Below are positions 17,096 through 26,353 of a DNA stretch of 64,000 nucleotides, piece after piece. Location of the stretch: the NCBI GenBank assembly GCA_947584535.1, contig CANPWO010000003.1:3871-67870 (forward strand), read 5' to 3'. Position numbers and translations under genes: made by a program. The notes beneath the pieces are model-generated. The model was not told the DNA's origin and did no database searches. It worked only from the letters and a program-made list of their open reading frames with translations. This stretch comes from an uncultured Clostridia bacterium. GTDB taxonomy: Bacteria > Bacillota > Clostridia > TANB77 > CAG-465. Positions within the stretch are counted from its first letter, which is position 1, and each line of letters begins with the position of its first letter.

Positions 17096-18534
17096 TGAGA
17101 GAAGATTATGAAGTTGTAATTGGACTTGAAGTTCACGCAGAACTTTCTACAAATACCAAAATATATTGTAATTGTACTACAAAGTTTGGAGCAGATCCAA
17201 ATACACATTGTTGCCCAATTTGTACAGGAATGCCAGGTACTTTGCCAGTACTTAACGAAAAAGTAGTAGAATATGCAATAAAAATGGGACTTGCAACAAA
17301 TTGTGAAATAGCTAAATTTTCTAAGCAAGATAGAAAAAATTATTTTTATCCTGATTTACCAAAAGCATATCAGGTATCACAATATGACCTTCCACTTTGT
17401 GAAAGAGGACATATTGATGTAATGCTAGAAGATGGAGAAAAGAAAAGAATAGGTATAACTAGAATACATATCGAAGAAGATGCAGGAAAATTAATACATG
17501 ATGCATATACAGGGGATACTTTAGTAGATATGAATAGATGCGCTGTACCATTAATTGAAATTGTATCTGAGCCTGATATTAGAAGTGCTAAGGAAGCAGT
17601 AGCATATATGCAAACATTAAAGTCAATTCTTGAATATCTTGAAATATGTGACTGTAAAATGCAAGAAGGATCACTTAGATGTGATGTAAATCTATCTGTT
17701 AGAAAGAAAGGGCAAACAGAATTTGGAACAAGAACAGAAACTAAGAATTTAAATTCTTTTAAAGCAATAGAAAGAGCTATAGAATTTGAAACAGATAGAC
17801 AAATAGAAGAACTAGAAAATGGTGGTACAATATATCAAGAGACAAGAAGATTTGATGATGCAAAAGGTATTGGATATGCAATGCGTTCTAAAGAAGATGC
17901 ACATGACTACAGATATTTCCCAGAGCCTGACCTTGCACCAATTGTAATGAGCGACGAATATGTACAAAATTTAAAAGATAATCTTCCTGAAATGCCTCAT
18001 ATTAAAAAAGAAAGATATATGAAGGAATTTGAACTTAGTGAATATGATGCAAAACATTTAACAGATTCAAAGTATACAGCAAAGTTTTTTGAAAATACAG
18101 TTAAGCTATGTGGCAATGCGAAAGCTGTTGCAAACTGGATAATGAGTGATTTTGCTAAAATGTTAAACGAGTCAGAAATAGAAATACAAGATAGTAAAGT
18201 TACAGAAGAAAATCTAGCTTCTTTAATTAAATTAATTGATTCAGGAAAGATAAGTTCTGCAATAGCTAAAAAAGTGTTTATAGATATGTTTAATACTGGA
18301 GAAGATGCAAATAAAATAGTAGAACAAAAAGGATTAATACAAATTTCTGATGAAGGTGCAATTAAAGAAGTAGTTGAAAAAATAGTAGAAGCTAATCCAA
18401 AATCTGTTGAAGATTATCATAATGGAAAAGATAAAGCTATTGGCTTCTTAGTTGGTCAAATAATGAGAGAAACAAAAGGAAAAGCTAATCCTCAAATTGT
18501 TAACAAGTTATTAAAAGAAATACTAGATAAATAG
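17095..18534 (+). CDS. gatB: Asp/Glu-tRNA amidotransferase subunit B
   Basis: MREDYEVVIGLEVHAEL start typical of GatB. The ATG overlaps the proS stop (TAATG). The ORF-track start 17083 is probably an upstream extension. Confidence 0.93.
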   Translation: MREDYEVVIGLEVHAELSTNTKIYCNCTTKFGADPNTHCCPICTGMPGTLPVLNEKVVEYAIKMGLATNCEIAKFSKQDRKNYFYPDLPKAYQVSQYDLPLCERGHIDVMLEDGEKKRIGITRIHIEEDAGKLIHDAYTGDTLVDMNRCAVPLIEIVSEPDIRSAKEAVAYMQTLKSILEYLEICDCKMQEGSLRCDVNLSVRKKGQTEFGTRTETKNLNSFKAIERAIEFETDRQIEELENGGTIYQETRRFDDAKGIGYAMRSKEDAHDYRYFPEPDLAPIVMSDEYVQNLKDNLPEMPHIKKERYMKEFELSEYDAKHLTDSKYTAKFFENTVKLCGNAKAVANWIMSDFAKMLNESEIEIQDSKVTEENLASLIKLIDSGKISSAIAKKVFIDMFNTGEDANKIVEQKGLIQISDEGAIKEVVEKIVEANPKSVEDYHNGKDKAIGFLVGQIMRETKGKANPQIVNKLLKEILDK

Positions 18535-18561
18535 AAATTTTAAATAGAGGTGAGTGTTAAA

Positions 18562-19041
18562 ATGAGAAAAAAGATTATTATATATTCATGTATATCTTTA
18601 GTTATTTTAGCACTCATTTTATTCTTTATATTATTTTTTAATATTAATAGAGATGTAGAAATTGATTTACAAACTTTAAATAAAGAGATTTTAGAAAATG
18701 GAGACTTTAACAACTCAAATACTAAAGAAATAAATATAGAATATATAAATAATACAGTAGGTATTGATAGTAAATATATTGAAGAATATATTGGTATAAT
18801 TCCGTTAGTTGATATATCAGCAAGTCAGTATATAGTAATTAAAACAAATTCTAAAACTGATGCAGAAATTGTATTTGAAAAATTAAGTAATTATGGCGAA
18901 ACTCTTGAAAAAAGTTGGAATAAATTTCTTTTATCGCAACAGCAACTTGTAGCAAATAGGAAAATAGGAATAAAAGGAAAGTATGTCTATTTAATAATTT
19001 CTGAAAATGCAGAAGATATAGAAAATTTAATTTTAAAGTAA
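18562..19041 (+). CDS. hypothetical membrane-anchored protein (about 160 aa)
   Basis: AGAGGTGA SD 9 nt before ATG 18562. N-terminal TM helix followed by a soluble domain of unknown family. Confidence 0.5.
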   Translation: MRKKIIIYSCISLVILALILFFILFFNINRDVEIDLQTLNKEILENGDFNNSNTKEINIEYINNTVGIDSKYIEEYIGIIPLVDISASQYIVIKTNSKTDAEIVFEKLSNYGETLEKSWNKFLLSQQQLVANRKIGIKGKYVYLIISENAEDIENLILK

Positions 19042-19061
19042 TAAAAATATAATTTAAAAAA

Positions 19062-19090
19062 TTGAAATTGTTAAGTATTTGGTATATAAT
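19062..19090 (+). promoter_or_regulatory. sigma-A promoter TTGAAA-17-TATAAT
   Basis: -35 at 19062-19067 and -10 at 19085-19090, upstream of the 19126 ORF. Confidence 0.5.
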
Positions 19091-19125
19091 AATTATAAAT
19101 AAACTAAGTTATAGAAGGTGATATT

Positions 19126-20172
19126 ATGGATAATCAACAAAAAATAAGGATACCGCTAATTGTACTTGTTGGTATAGTTCTTGCATTAATACTTATAACA
19201 TTTTTAGTAATAAAAACTGTTCAAAATATTTCAAGTAATAAAAATATAGATATAAGTAAAAATGATGCACCTCTTGTAATAGATGAAAATAATGATGATG
19301 ATTTAATTGAAGCAAATAATTTAATAGATGAGCAATTAACTGAAAATGAAGAAGATAAAAAAGAAGAAAACGTAGATGAAAATGCAAAAGATAAATTACA
19401 AGATTCTACATCTATTGCAACTTCTAATACTAATTCAAAAGTATCTAGTGTATCTAATAATAAAAATAACAGTAGTAATAATAACAATAATAATAATAGT
19501 AGCACTAACACAAATGATAATAAACCTGATGTTGTTCCTGATAATAGTTCACAAGAAGATAAAAATGAAAAAGTATTATATGATTTATATTCTAAAGTAA
19601 GTATCGGAGATTATGTAGATTATCCAGTTTCATATTCTAATGTTAGTATAAATGGTAAAAAAGCAAGTCTTACTGGCTGGAGAGTACTTAGTAAATCAAA
19701 TGGTACAATTAGTTTAATAAGTGCAGGTGTACCAGAAAGTATTTATCTTCAAGGTATAAGCGGGACTTCAAGTAATGTATTTAATAGTAAAATTAACAAA
19801 TATTTAAATGGTAATTATGCAACTAATGTTCATGTATTAACAATAGAAGAACTAAAACAATTTGTTGGTAACATAAATTTAGATAAGAACCATTCAGTAC
19901 CTACATATACTTCAATTCCACGTTCAAATAAGTATTACAATTTAATAGTTACCCCTGTTGGATATTGGTTATATAATATGATAAACGAAACAGGAAGTAA
20001 ATATAGATTTTATATACATCAAAATGGAATAATAAATAATATATATATGGGCTTTGAAGATAGCAGTTCATCATACAACGCTACTTATGGTATAAGACCA
20101 ATTGTTACACTAAAATATGGCATAAAAACTACTGGAAAGAATAATAATGGTGTATGGAATATAACATTATAG
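19126..20172 (+). CDS. hypothetical secreted/membrane-anchored protein with an acidic region and a poly-Asn/Ser linker
   Basis: 348 aa with an N-terminal TM. NNKNNSSNNNNNNNSSTNTND low-complexity tract at 19440-19520. C-terminal domain of about 200 aa is unrecognised. Confidence 0.6.
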   Translation: MDNQQKIRIPLIVLVGIVLALILITFLVIKTVQNISSNKNIDISKNDAPLVIDENNDDDLIEANNLIDEQLTENEEDKKEENVDENAKDKLQDSTSIATSNTNSKVSSVSNNKNNSSNNNNNNNSSTNTNDNKPDVVPDNSSQEDKNEKVLYDLYSKVSIGDYVDYPVSYSNVSINGKKASLTGWRVLSKSNGTISLISAGVPESIYLQGISGTSSNVFNSKINKYLNGNYATNVHVLTIEELKQFVGNINLDKNHSVPTYTSIPRSNKYYNLIVTPVGYWLYNMINETGSKYRFYIHQNGIINNIYMGFEDSSSSYNATYGIRPIVTLKYGIKTTGKNNNGVWNITL

Positions 20173-20180
20173 ATAGAAAA

Positions 20181-20218
20181 AAGACTGATATTACATTAGT
20201 AATATCAATCTTTTTTTG
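20181..20218. terminator. bidirectional terminator between the 19126 gene and the SCIFF gene
   Basis: AAGACTGATATTAC / GTAATATCAATCTT stem (one mismatch) plus a T7 run. Confidence 0.7.
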
Positions 20219-20221
20219 ATT

Positions 20222-20365
20222 TTATTTGTTCTTTTCACATGACTGGTTTGCTACAGTACAAGAAGTCTTGCAAGCACTTTGACATGAGGTTTGACACTCA
20301 CCGCATCCACCAGTTTTTGCAGAACTTTTTAAACATCCTGCATTTAATGTTTTTGAATGTTTCAT
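20222..20365 (-). CDS. scfA: SCIFF-family (six cysteines in forty-five) ribosomal peptide precursor, 47 aa, not in ORF track
   Basis: Reverse-complement translation: MKHSKTLNAGCLKSSAKTGGCGECQTSCQSACKTSCTVANQSCEKNK. This is a near-verbatim match to the conserved SCIFF core GGCGECQTSCQSACKTSCTV.NQSCE. A GGAGGTG SD sits 7 nt upstream. Confidence 0.8.
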   Translation of the reverse strand: MKHSKTLNAGCLKSSAKTGGCGECQTSCQSACKTSCTVANQSCEKNK

Positions 20366-20416
20366 AAGCTAATCACCTCCTAATTATAGTAGATATTTGT
20401 GTATTTTTACTATATT

Positions 20417-20446
20417 ATTATAACATAATATTTACACATTTGTCTA
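20417..20446 (-). promoter_or_regulatory. candidate promoter for the SCIFF gene (TAGACA-18-TATAAT on the minus strand)
   Basis: Minus-strand -10 is TATAAT at 20417-20422 and -35 is TAGACA at 20441-20446. Confidence 0.35.
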
Positions 20447-20476
20447 GTATAATTTATATAAATATTATTTTAACAC

Positions 20477-20505
20477 TTGAATAAACAAATGTTTTATAGT
20501 ATAAT
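20477..20505 (+). promoter_or_regulatory. sigma-A promoter TTGAAT-17-TATAAT for recG
   Basis: -35 at 20477-20482 and -10 at 20500-20505. Confidence 0.5.
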
Positions 20506-20524
20506 TTTTGTGGTGATATAATTA

Positions 20525-22576
20525 ATGGTTGACTTAGAAAAAAATATACAATATTTAAAAGGGGTTGGACCAGCTAAAGCAGCTCTTTTAAATAAACTAG
20601 GAATTTTTAGTATTAATGATATGGTAGAACATTTCCCAAGGACTTACGAAGATAGAACAAGATTAAGAAATATAGTTGATCTAATGGACGGAGATTATGC
20701 TTTATTTGTTGGAAAAATCCAAACAGATATTAAAGTACAAAGAATTAGGAAAAACTTATCTATATTTTCTACATTTGCTTGTGATGATACTGATAATATA
20801 AAACTTACATGGTTTAATCAAAGATATATAAAAGATAGAATAAAATGTGGCATGTCATATATTTTTTATGGAAAAGTGCAAGTAGAATACGGAAGAAAAG
20901 TAATAGATAACCCTCAAATATATAATTTAGCTGAATTAGATAAAGTACAAGGGATTTATCCAGTTTATACATTAACATCAGGTATTACTCAAAATTATTT
21001 ATTTAAGTTAATAAATACAATTTATGAAGATGAGGTATTTAAGCAAGATATATTTAGTGATGATTTTAGAAAAAAATATAATTTAGCAGATATAAACTAT
21101 GCACTTAAAAATATCCATTTTCCTGAAAATTTTTCTGCGATTGATAGAGCAAGAAATAGGATAATATTTGAAGAATTATTTTTATTGCAACTTGCTTTAA
21201 TGACATTAAAAGATAATAGTTTAGGTGTAAAAAAAGAAAATACATATAGCGATATAGATGATAGTGAATTTGCTAAATTATTACCATTTGAATTAACAGG
21301 TGCACAGAAAAGAGTTATAGAAGAAATTAAACAAGACTTAGCATCAAATAAAATAATGAATAGATTAGTTCAAGGGGATGTAGGTTGTGGAAAAACAATG
21401 GTAGCTGCTATTTCTATGTATATTGCTGTAAAAAATGGCTATCAAGCAACAATGATGGCACCAACAACTATACTTGCTAATCAGCATTATAATGAGTTAA
21501 AACCATATTTTGATAAACTTGGAATGAGTGTTGAAATTATAACATCTAGTACTACTAAAAAGAATAAGGAGATAATTTCAAATAAACTAAAAAACAAAGA
21601 AATAGATATTTTAATAGGTACACATTCATTAATAGAAGATAATATAGAGTTTAACAATTTAAGTTTAGTTATAACTGATGAACAACATAGATTTGGTGTA
21701 AAACAAAGAATGAAACTTACAAATAAAGGAAAAAGTGTTGATACAATAGTTATGACAGCAACACCAATTCCAAGATCTCTTGCAATTATTCTTTATGGTG
21801 ATTTAGACCTATCAATAATAGATGAAATGCCACTTGGAAGAACACCTGTTAAGACATATGTAGTTGATAAAACTTACGAATTTAGAATAAATAATTTTAT
21901 AAGGAAAAATGTGGAGGCTGGAAGACAAATTTACGTTGTATGTCCACTTGTAGAAAATAATGATACTTTAGATTTAAAATCAGTTGAAGAAATATATGAA
22001 AAATACAAGAATGAATATTTTAAAGATTTATCTGTTGAGTTTTTACATGGTAAAATGAAAAACAAAGAAAAAGATGATATAATGCAAAGATTTAAAGATA
22101 ACAAAATCAATATACTTATCTCTACAACAGTTATAGAAGTTGGAATAAGTGTTAGTAATGCAACAGTAATGATAATTGAAAATGCAGATAGATTTGGACT
22201 TGCCGCACTACATCAGCTTAGAGGTAGAGTAGGTAGAGGCTCATTTGAGTCATATTGTATATTAAAAAGTGATAATAAATCTCAGAAGGCAAGAGATAGA
22301 CTAAAAATAATGGAAAAGAGTAATAATGGTTTTGAAATTGCTGAAACAGATTTAGAAATAAGGGGACCGGGTGATTTCTTTGGAATAAGACAATCTGGAC
22401 TTCCTGAATTTAAACTTGCTAACTTGTTAAAAGATATGAAGATACTAAAATCAGCACAACAAGCGGTAAAAGATATATTAAAAGAAGATAAATATTTAAA
22501 AGCTCCTGAAAATCAACTAATTAGAGAAGCTTTATTTGATAAATTTGGAGAGCAATTAACTAATATTGCAACATAA
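20525..22576 (+). CDS. recG: ATP-dependent DNA helicase RecG
   Basis: 683 aa. N-terminal wedge domain, DEAD-box helicase motifs GDVGCGKT and DEQHRFG, and a C-terminal helicase domain. Confidence 0.95.
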   Translation: MVDLEKNIQYLKGVGPAKAALLNKLGIFSINDMVEHFPRTYEDRTRLRNIVDLMDGDYALFVGKIQTDIKVQRIRKNLSIFSTFACDDTDNIKLTWFNQRYIKDRIKCGMSYIFYGKVQVEYGRKVIDNPQIYNLAELDKVQGIYPVYTLTSGITQNYLFKLINTIYEDEVFKQDIFSDDFRKKYNLADINYALKNIHFPENFSAIDRARNRIIFEELFLLQLALMTLKDNSLGVKKENTYSDIDDSEFAKLLPFELTGAQKRVIEEIKQDLASNKIMNRLVQGDVGCGKTMVAAISMYIAVKNGYQATMMAPTTILANQHYNELKPYFDKLGMSVEIITSSTTKKNKEIISNKLKNKEIDILIGTHSLIEDNIEFNNLSLVITDEQHRFGVKQRMKLTNKGKSVDTIVMTATPIPRSLAIILYGDLDLSIIDEMPLGRTPVKTYVVDKTYEFRINNFIRKNVEAGRQIYVVCPLVENNDTLDLKSVEEIYEKYKNEYFKDLSVEFLHGKMKNKEKDDIMQRFKDNKINILISTTVIEVGISVSNATVMIIENADRFGLAALHQLRGRVGRGSFESYCILKSDNKSQKARDRLKIMEKSNNGFEIAETDLEIRGPGDFFGIRQSGLPEFKLANLLKDMKILKSAQQAVKDILKEDKYLKAPENQLIREALFDKFGEQLTNIAT

Positions 22577-22577
22577 T

Positions 22578-22606
22578 ATAGTACATCAATTAATTTGATG
22601 TACTAT
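22578..22606. terminator. intergenic hairpin between convergent stops (weak U-tract)
   Basis: Perfect 12-bp stem ATAGTACATCAA / TTGATGTACTAT. Confidence 0.45.
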
Positions 22607-22607
22607 A

Positions 22608-23225
22608 TTAAATAAAATTTAGACTTATAATTTTTCCAATGAGTGTTAAAAATAATATACTACATAGGAAAAACACAAATGATAATATACTAACATGTAA
22701 TGTATCTAATATATTTACTTTTTGAATATAATTGTATTTTATAACACTATTTTCTATGTTATCATAACTGTTTATTCTACCTATTTCTTTAAAATTTATC
22801 TTTATAGTTCCATCTATATCTTCATAACATATATTTATAAGTAAATAGCAAAATGAGTTTATAATTATAGCTATTGCAATGAACCCTATAGTTATTAATA
22901 ATAATGCAATTAGATTAAATATGTAATAGTTATTTTTAATAAAGAAAATAAAAAACACATCTATAATTGATAAATTCAATATATTTTTAGTTACTAAATA
23001 CCAAATTAAAAATAATAACAAATTTGAGAGTACGCTTATTATCGAAGGAATTAATAATACTTTATTTTGGTAACTGTGTTTTAACACACAAAACATAGAT
23101 AATTTAACAGTTTCTATTTTTAATATAACAAGGAATATTACAAGTAAGATAATTAATACTAAATTTACAATAAACAAAAAATCACATCCAATTATAATAT
23201 GTATATGATTTATATATTCTAACAA
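22608..23225 (-). CDS. hypothetical polytopic membrane protein (205 aa)
   Basis: Long ORF in an AT-rich background with several hydrophobic segments. No family recognised. Confidence 0.45.
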   Translation of the reverse strand: MLEYINHIHIIIGCDFLFIVNLVLIILLVIFLVILKIETVKLSMFCVLKHSYQNKVLLIPSIISVLSNLLLFLIWYLVTKNILNLSIIDVFFIFFIKNNYYIFNLIALLLITIGFIAIAIIINSFCYLLINICYEDIDGTIKINFKEIGRINSYDNIENSVIKYNYIQKVNILDTLHVSILSFVFFLCSILFLTLIGKIISLNFI

Positions 23226-23290
23226 GAACTAAAAAAATTGTAGAATAAATAATATTTATATGTTATAATTAGATAAAAAGAGGAAGATTT

Positions 23291-24553
23291 ATGGAAAAAG
23301 ACAAAATAAAAAAAAGTAATAAAATACATATTATATATTCAGCATTTTCAGGAGATTTGTTATTTTATATAGCAATTAGTGTATTGTTTTTTACATATGT
23401 AAAAGGCTTAACTGCATCACAGATAACTTTTCTTACAACAATCTCTGTATTGATAAATGTAATATTTCAAATTCCGTTAATTAATGTTATAAAAAAGATT
23501 GGTAATTTAAATTCAGTAAGACTTGGAACTATTTTACTTTTAATATCTAGTATTTTAATTACGTTTGGTACTAAATATCTAACATTTATAATTGCACTAA
23601 CATTATATGAAATATCATATGTATTTAGTAATATGGGAGATATTATACTAAAAGGTAATTTAAAATATATTAAGCAAGAAAATAAATTTATTTCTATTAA
23701 GAGTAAGATAAATATATTATATTCAGTAATTACTGCAGTTATTGCTTTATTTGCAGGACAGTTATTTAATATAAATGGTTATTTGCCAATGATTTGTTGT
23801 ATTATAAACTGCATATTTTGTGTTATACTATCTTTCTTTATTGTTGATGTAAATAAAGATAAAGTTACAAGTGAAAGAAAAAATAAAATAAATATAGAAA
23901 AAAATGTTAAAGTAACTATAGTACGACTTGCAGTTATATTATTTATTGTATATGGTATTTTTTATGGTATTATAAAAGTAGGACAAGATAATGGTAGTCT
24001 ATTTATAAAAGATGAATTATCAAAATATTATTCAAGTACAAATGTAGCAACAATATTTACTTTAATTATATTTATCTCAAGGATTATAAGGATAATAGGA
24101 GATGTAGTATATAAAAAAATATATAATAAGATTAATGATAAAACTGTAAGAATAATTTTATCACTATTAGTACTATCACTTGTATCTTTAATTACAAGTT
24201 ACTTTATTAATGATATTGCTATTAAAATTGTAATAATGACATTTGGTTTCTGCCTAATATTATTTGTTAGAGATCCTATAAAGTTATATATGCAAGATTA
24301 TATTCTAAAAAATTTTGAAAGTAGTAAACATCAAAAATACCTAACCTATCTTAACTTTGCAAGAAAAGTTGGAATGACTATTACAAGTGGCATAATATCA
24401 CTAATATTAACTAAATATTCTTTAGTTTATGCATTATTTGTACTGTTATTAATTTGTATAGTTAATTTTGTAGCGATAAAAATATTAGAACAAGAAGAGA
24501 ATGCATCAGAAAGTATAAATGTTGAAGAAAATATAAGTCAAGAGGCTGTTTAA
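23291..24553 (+). CDS. polytopic membrane protein, possibly an MFS-type transporter (420 aa)
   Basis: About 12 predicted hydrophobic helices. The transporter assignment is a guess from topology only. Confidence 0.45.
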   Translation: MEKDKIKKSNKIHIIYSAFSGDLLFYIAISVLFFTYVKGLTASQITFLTTISVLINVIFQIPLINVIKKIGNLNSVRLGTILLLISSILITFGTKYLTFIIALTLYEISYVFSNMGDIILKGNLKYIKQENKFISIKSKINILYSVITAVIALFAGQLFNINGYLPMICCIINCIFCVILSFFIVDVNKDKVTSERKNKINIEKNVKVTIVRLAVILFIVYGIFYGIIKVGQDNGSLFIKDELSKYYSSTNVATIFTLIIFISRIIRIIGDVVYKKIYNKINDKTVRIILSLLVLSLVSLITSYFINDIAIKIVIMTFGFCLILFVRDPIKLYMQDYILKNFESSKHQKYLTYLNFARKVGMTITSGIISLILTKYSLVYALFVLLLICIVNFVAIKILEQEENASESINVEENISQEAV

Positions 24554-24581
24554 AACTAATCTATAGAAATGAGATGATTAA

Positions 24582-25466
24582 ATGCATGATATATGGAATC
24601 CTTGGCATGGTTGTAAAAAAATTAGTGAAGGTTGCAAGAATTGTTATATGTTTTATTTAGATAAAACACGAAGTAATAAATCTGGAGATGTTATATATAA
24701 GACTAAAACTAATTTTAATTATCCACTTCAAAAAGATAGAGCAGGAAATTACAAGATTAAACCTGGTGAACAAATTAGAATATGCATGACTTCAGATTTC
24801 TTTTTAGAAGAAGCAGATAAATGGAGAGATGAAGCATGGAAAATAATTAAGACAAGAAGTGATGTAATATTTTTTATACTAACTAAAAGAGCTGATAGAA
24901 TAGAGGAAAATCTACCGTTTGACTGGGGAGAAGGATACGAAAATGTCATACTAAATGTGACAGCTGAAAATCAAAAAAGAGCAGATCAAAGGATTCCAAT
25001 TTTACTTAATTTAAAAGCTAAACATAGAGGGGTTATGGTAGCGCCATTTATAGATAAGGTAGATATAGATAAATATTTAGCAACTGGAAAAATAGAGCAA
25101 GTAATTTGCGGCGGAGAAAATTATGATGGCTCAAGACCTTGTGATTTTAAATGGGTACAGAAATTAAGTAATGATTGCAAGAAAAATAACACGACTTTTT
25201 GTTTTATTGAAACTGGCACTTTTTTTATTAAAGATAAAAAGATGTATCATATAAAAAGCAAAGATGTTCAAAGTAAAATGGCATATAAAGCAAATGTAAA
25301 TTTTAAAGGACGAGAAATAGAATATAAACTAGTTGATAAATATAACAGTATTATACCAAAAGATAAGTTATATACACCATATTTTAGTGATAAATGTAAT
25401 TTATGTGGTAGCAAAATTATATGTAATGGTTGTGATAAATGTGGCAGATGTGATGAGAACAAATAA
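24582..25466 (+). CDS. DUF5131 (phage Gp37/Gp68-like) protein with a Cys-rich C-terminal tail
   Basis: N-terminus WNPWHGCKKISEGCKNCYM matches the TWNP..GC...S.GC.NCYA signature of the Gp37/Gp68 family. The C-terminus is CNLCGSKIICNGCDKCGRCDENK. Confidence 0.65.
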   Translation: MHDIWNPWHGCKKISEGCKNCYMFYLDKTRSNKSGDVIYKTKTNFNYPLQKDRAGNYKIKPGEQIRICMTSDFFLEEADKWRDEAWKIIKTRSDVIFFILTKRADRIEENLPFDWGEGYENVILNVTAENQKRADQRIPILLNLKAKHRGVMVAPFIDKVDIDKYLATGKIEQVICGGENYDGSRPCDFKWVQKLSNDCKKNNTTFCFIETGTFFIKDKKMYHIKSKDVQSKMAYKANVNFKGREIEYKLVDKYNSIIPKDKLYTPYFSDKCNLCGSKIICNGCDKCGRCDENK

Positions 25467-25486
25467 AAAATTAGGAGTAGATATTT

Positions 25487-25951
25487 ATGGATAGAATAGA
25501 AACAACTTTATGTTTAATAATAAGGGAAAATAAGATATTACTTGCTAAGAAAAAAAGAGGTTTTGGAGAAGGAAAATATAATGGCATTGGTGGAAAAATA
25601 AAGGAAAATGAGACTGTGGAGCAGGCTATGATACGCGAAACACAAGAAGAAATTTTTGTTACTCCTACTAAATATGAAAAAGTAGGATTTATCGAATTTG
25701 ATGAGTATTATAAAGGGAAAAAAGAAAATGTCGTATTTCATTTATACATTGTATATGAATATGACGGTATTATTTCCGAAAGTGATGAAATGAAGCCTGA
25801 GTGGTTTGATATAGATAATATTCCTTATGATAAAATGTTACCTGATGATAAGTACTGGTTACCTCTTATATTACAAGGAAAAAAGATTAAGGCATATTTT
25901 AATTTTGATGAAGAATGGAATTTGATTTCTAAAAATATAGAGGAATTATAA
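25487..25951 (+). CDS. NUDIX hydrolase (MutT-like)
   Basis: Nudix box GGKIKENETVEQAMIRETQEEIFV (GX5EX7REUXEEXGU). Confidence 0.8.
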   Translation: MDRIETTLCLIIRENKILLAKKKRGFGEGKYNGIGGKIKENETVEQAMIRETQEEIFVTPTKYEKVGFIEFDEYYKGKKENVVFHLYIVYEYDGIISESDEMKPEWFDIDNIPYDKMLPDDKYWLPLILQGKKIKAYFNFDEEWNLISKNIEEL

Positions 25952-25959
25952 TTAATAAA

Positions 25960-26349
25960 GTGGGTATTAAAAACATGGATAATGAATTAGATAAAAGAAT
26001 CGATAATATACTTTTTTCACTCTCAAAATCTAAGTTTAGAAGCAGTTTTCATTTAAAAGAAAAGGATATAAAGTATATAGATGAAAAGGGACTAGATAAA
26101 ATTAGAGAACACGCATATGATTTTATAAATAAAAGACTTGCAGGAGATTTTATAATAAATGATGGTAAGCAAACACCAATGAAAGGACATCCAGTATTTA
26201 TTGCACAACATGCAACCGCTACTTGTTGTAGAGGTTGTTTATACAAATGGCATAAAATAAAGCAAGGAAAGACTTTAACAAATTATGAAATTGATTATAT
26301 TGTAGCTGTTATAATGAAATGGATACAAAATGAATATATAAAGGAGTAA
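25960..26349 (+). CDS. small conserved protein, DUF4186-like
   Basis: HPVFIAQHATATCCRGCLYKWH motif. The family call is from memory and is moderate. Confidence 0.45.
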   Translation: MGIKNMDNELDKRIDNILFSLSKSKFRSSFHLKEKDIKYIDEKGLDKIREHAYDFINKRLAGDFIINDGKQTPMKGHPVFIAQHATATCCRGCLYKWHKIKQGKTLTNYEIDYIVAVIMKWIQNEYIKE

Positions 26350-26353
26350 AATT

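Noticed and set aside
19193-19600. Short ORFs on both strands within the low-complexity part of the 19126 gene.
   Set aside because: They are generated by the AAT/AGT repeat tract and lie inside a larger supported ORF.
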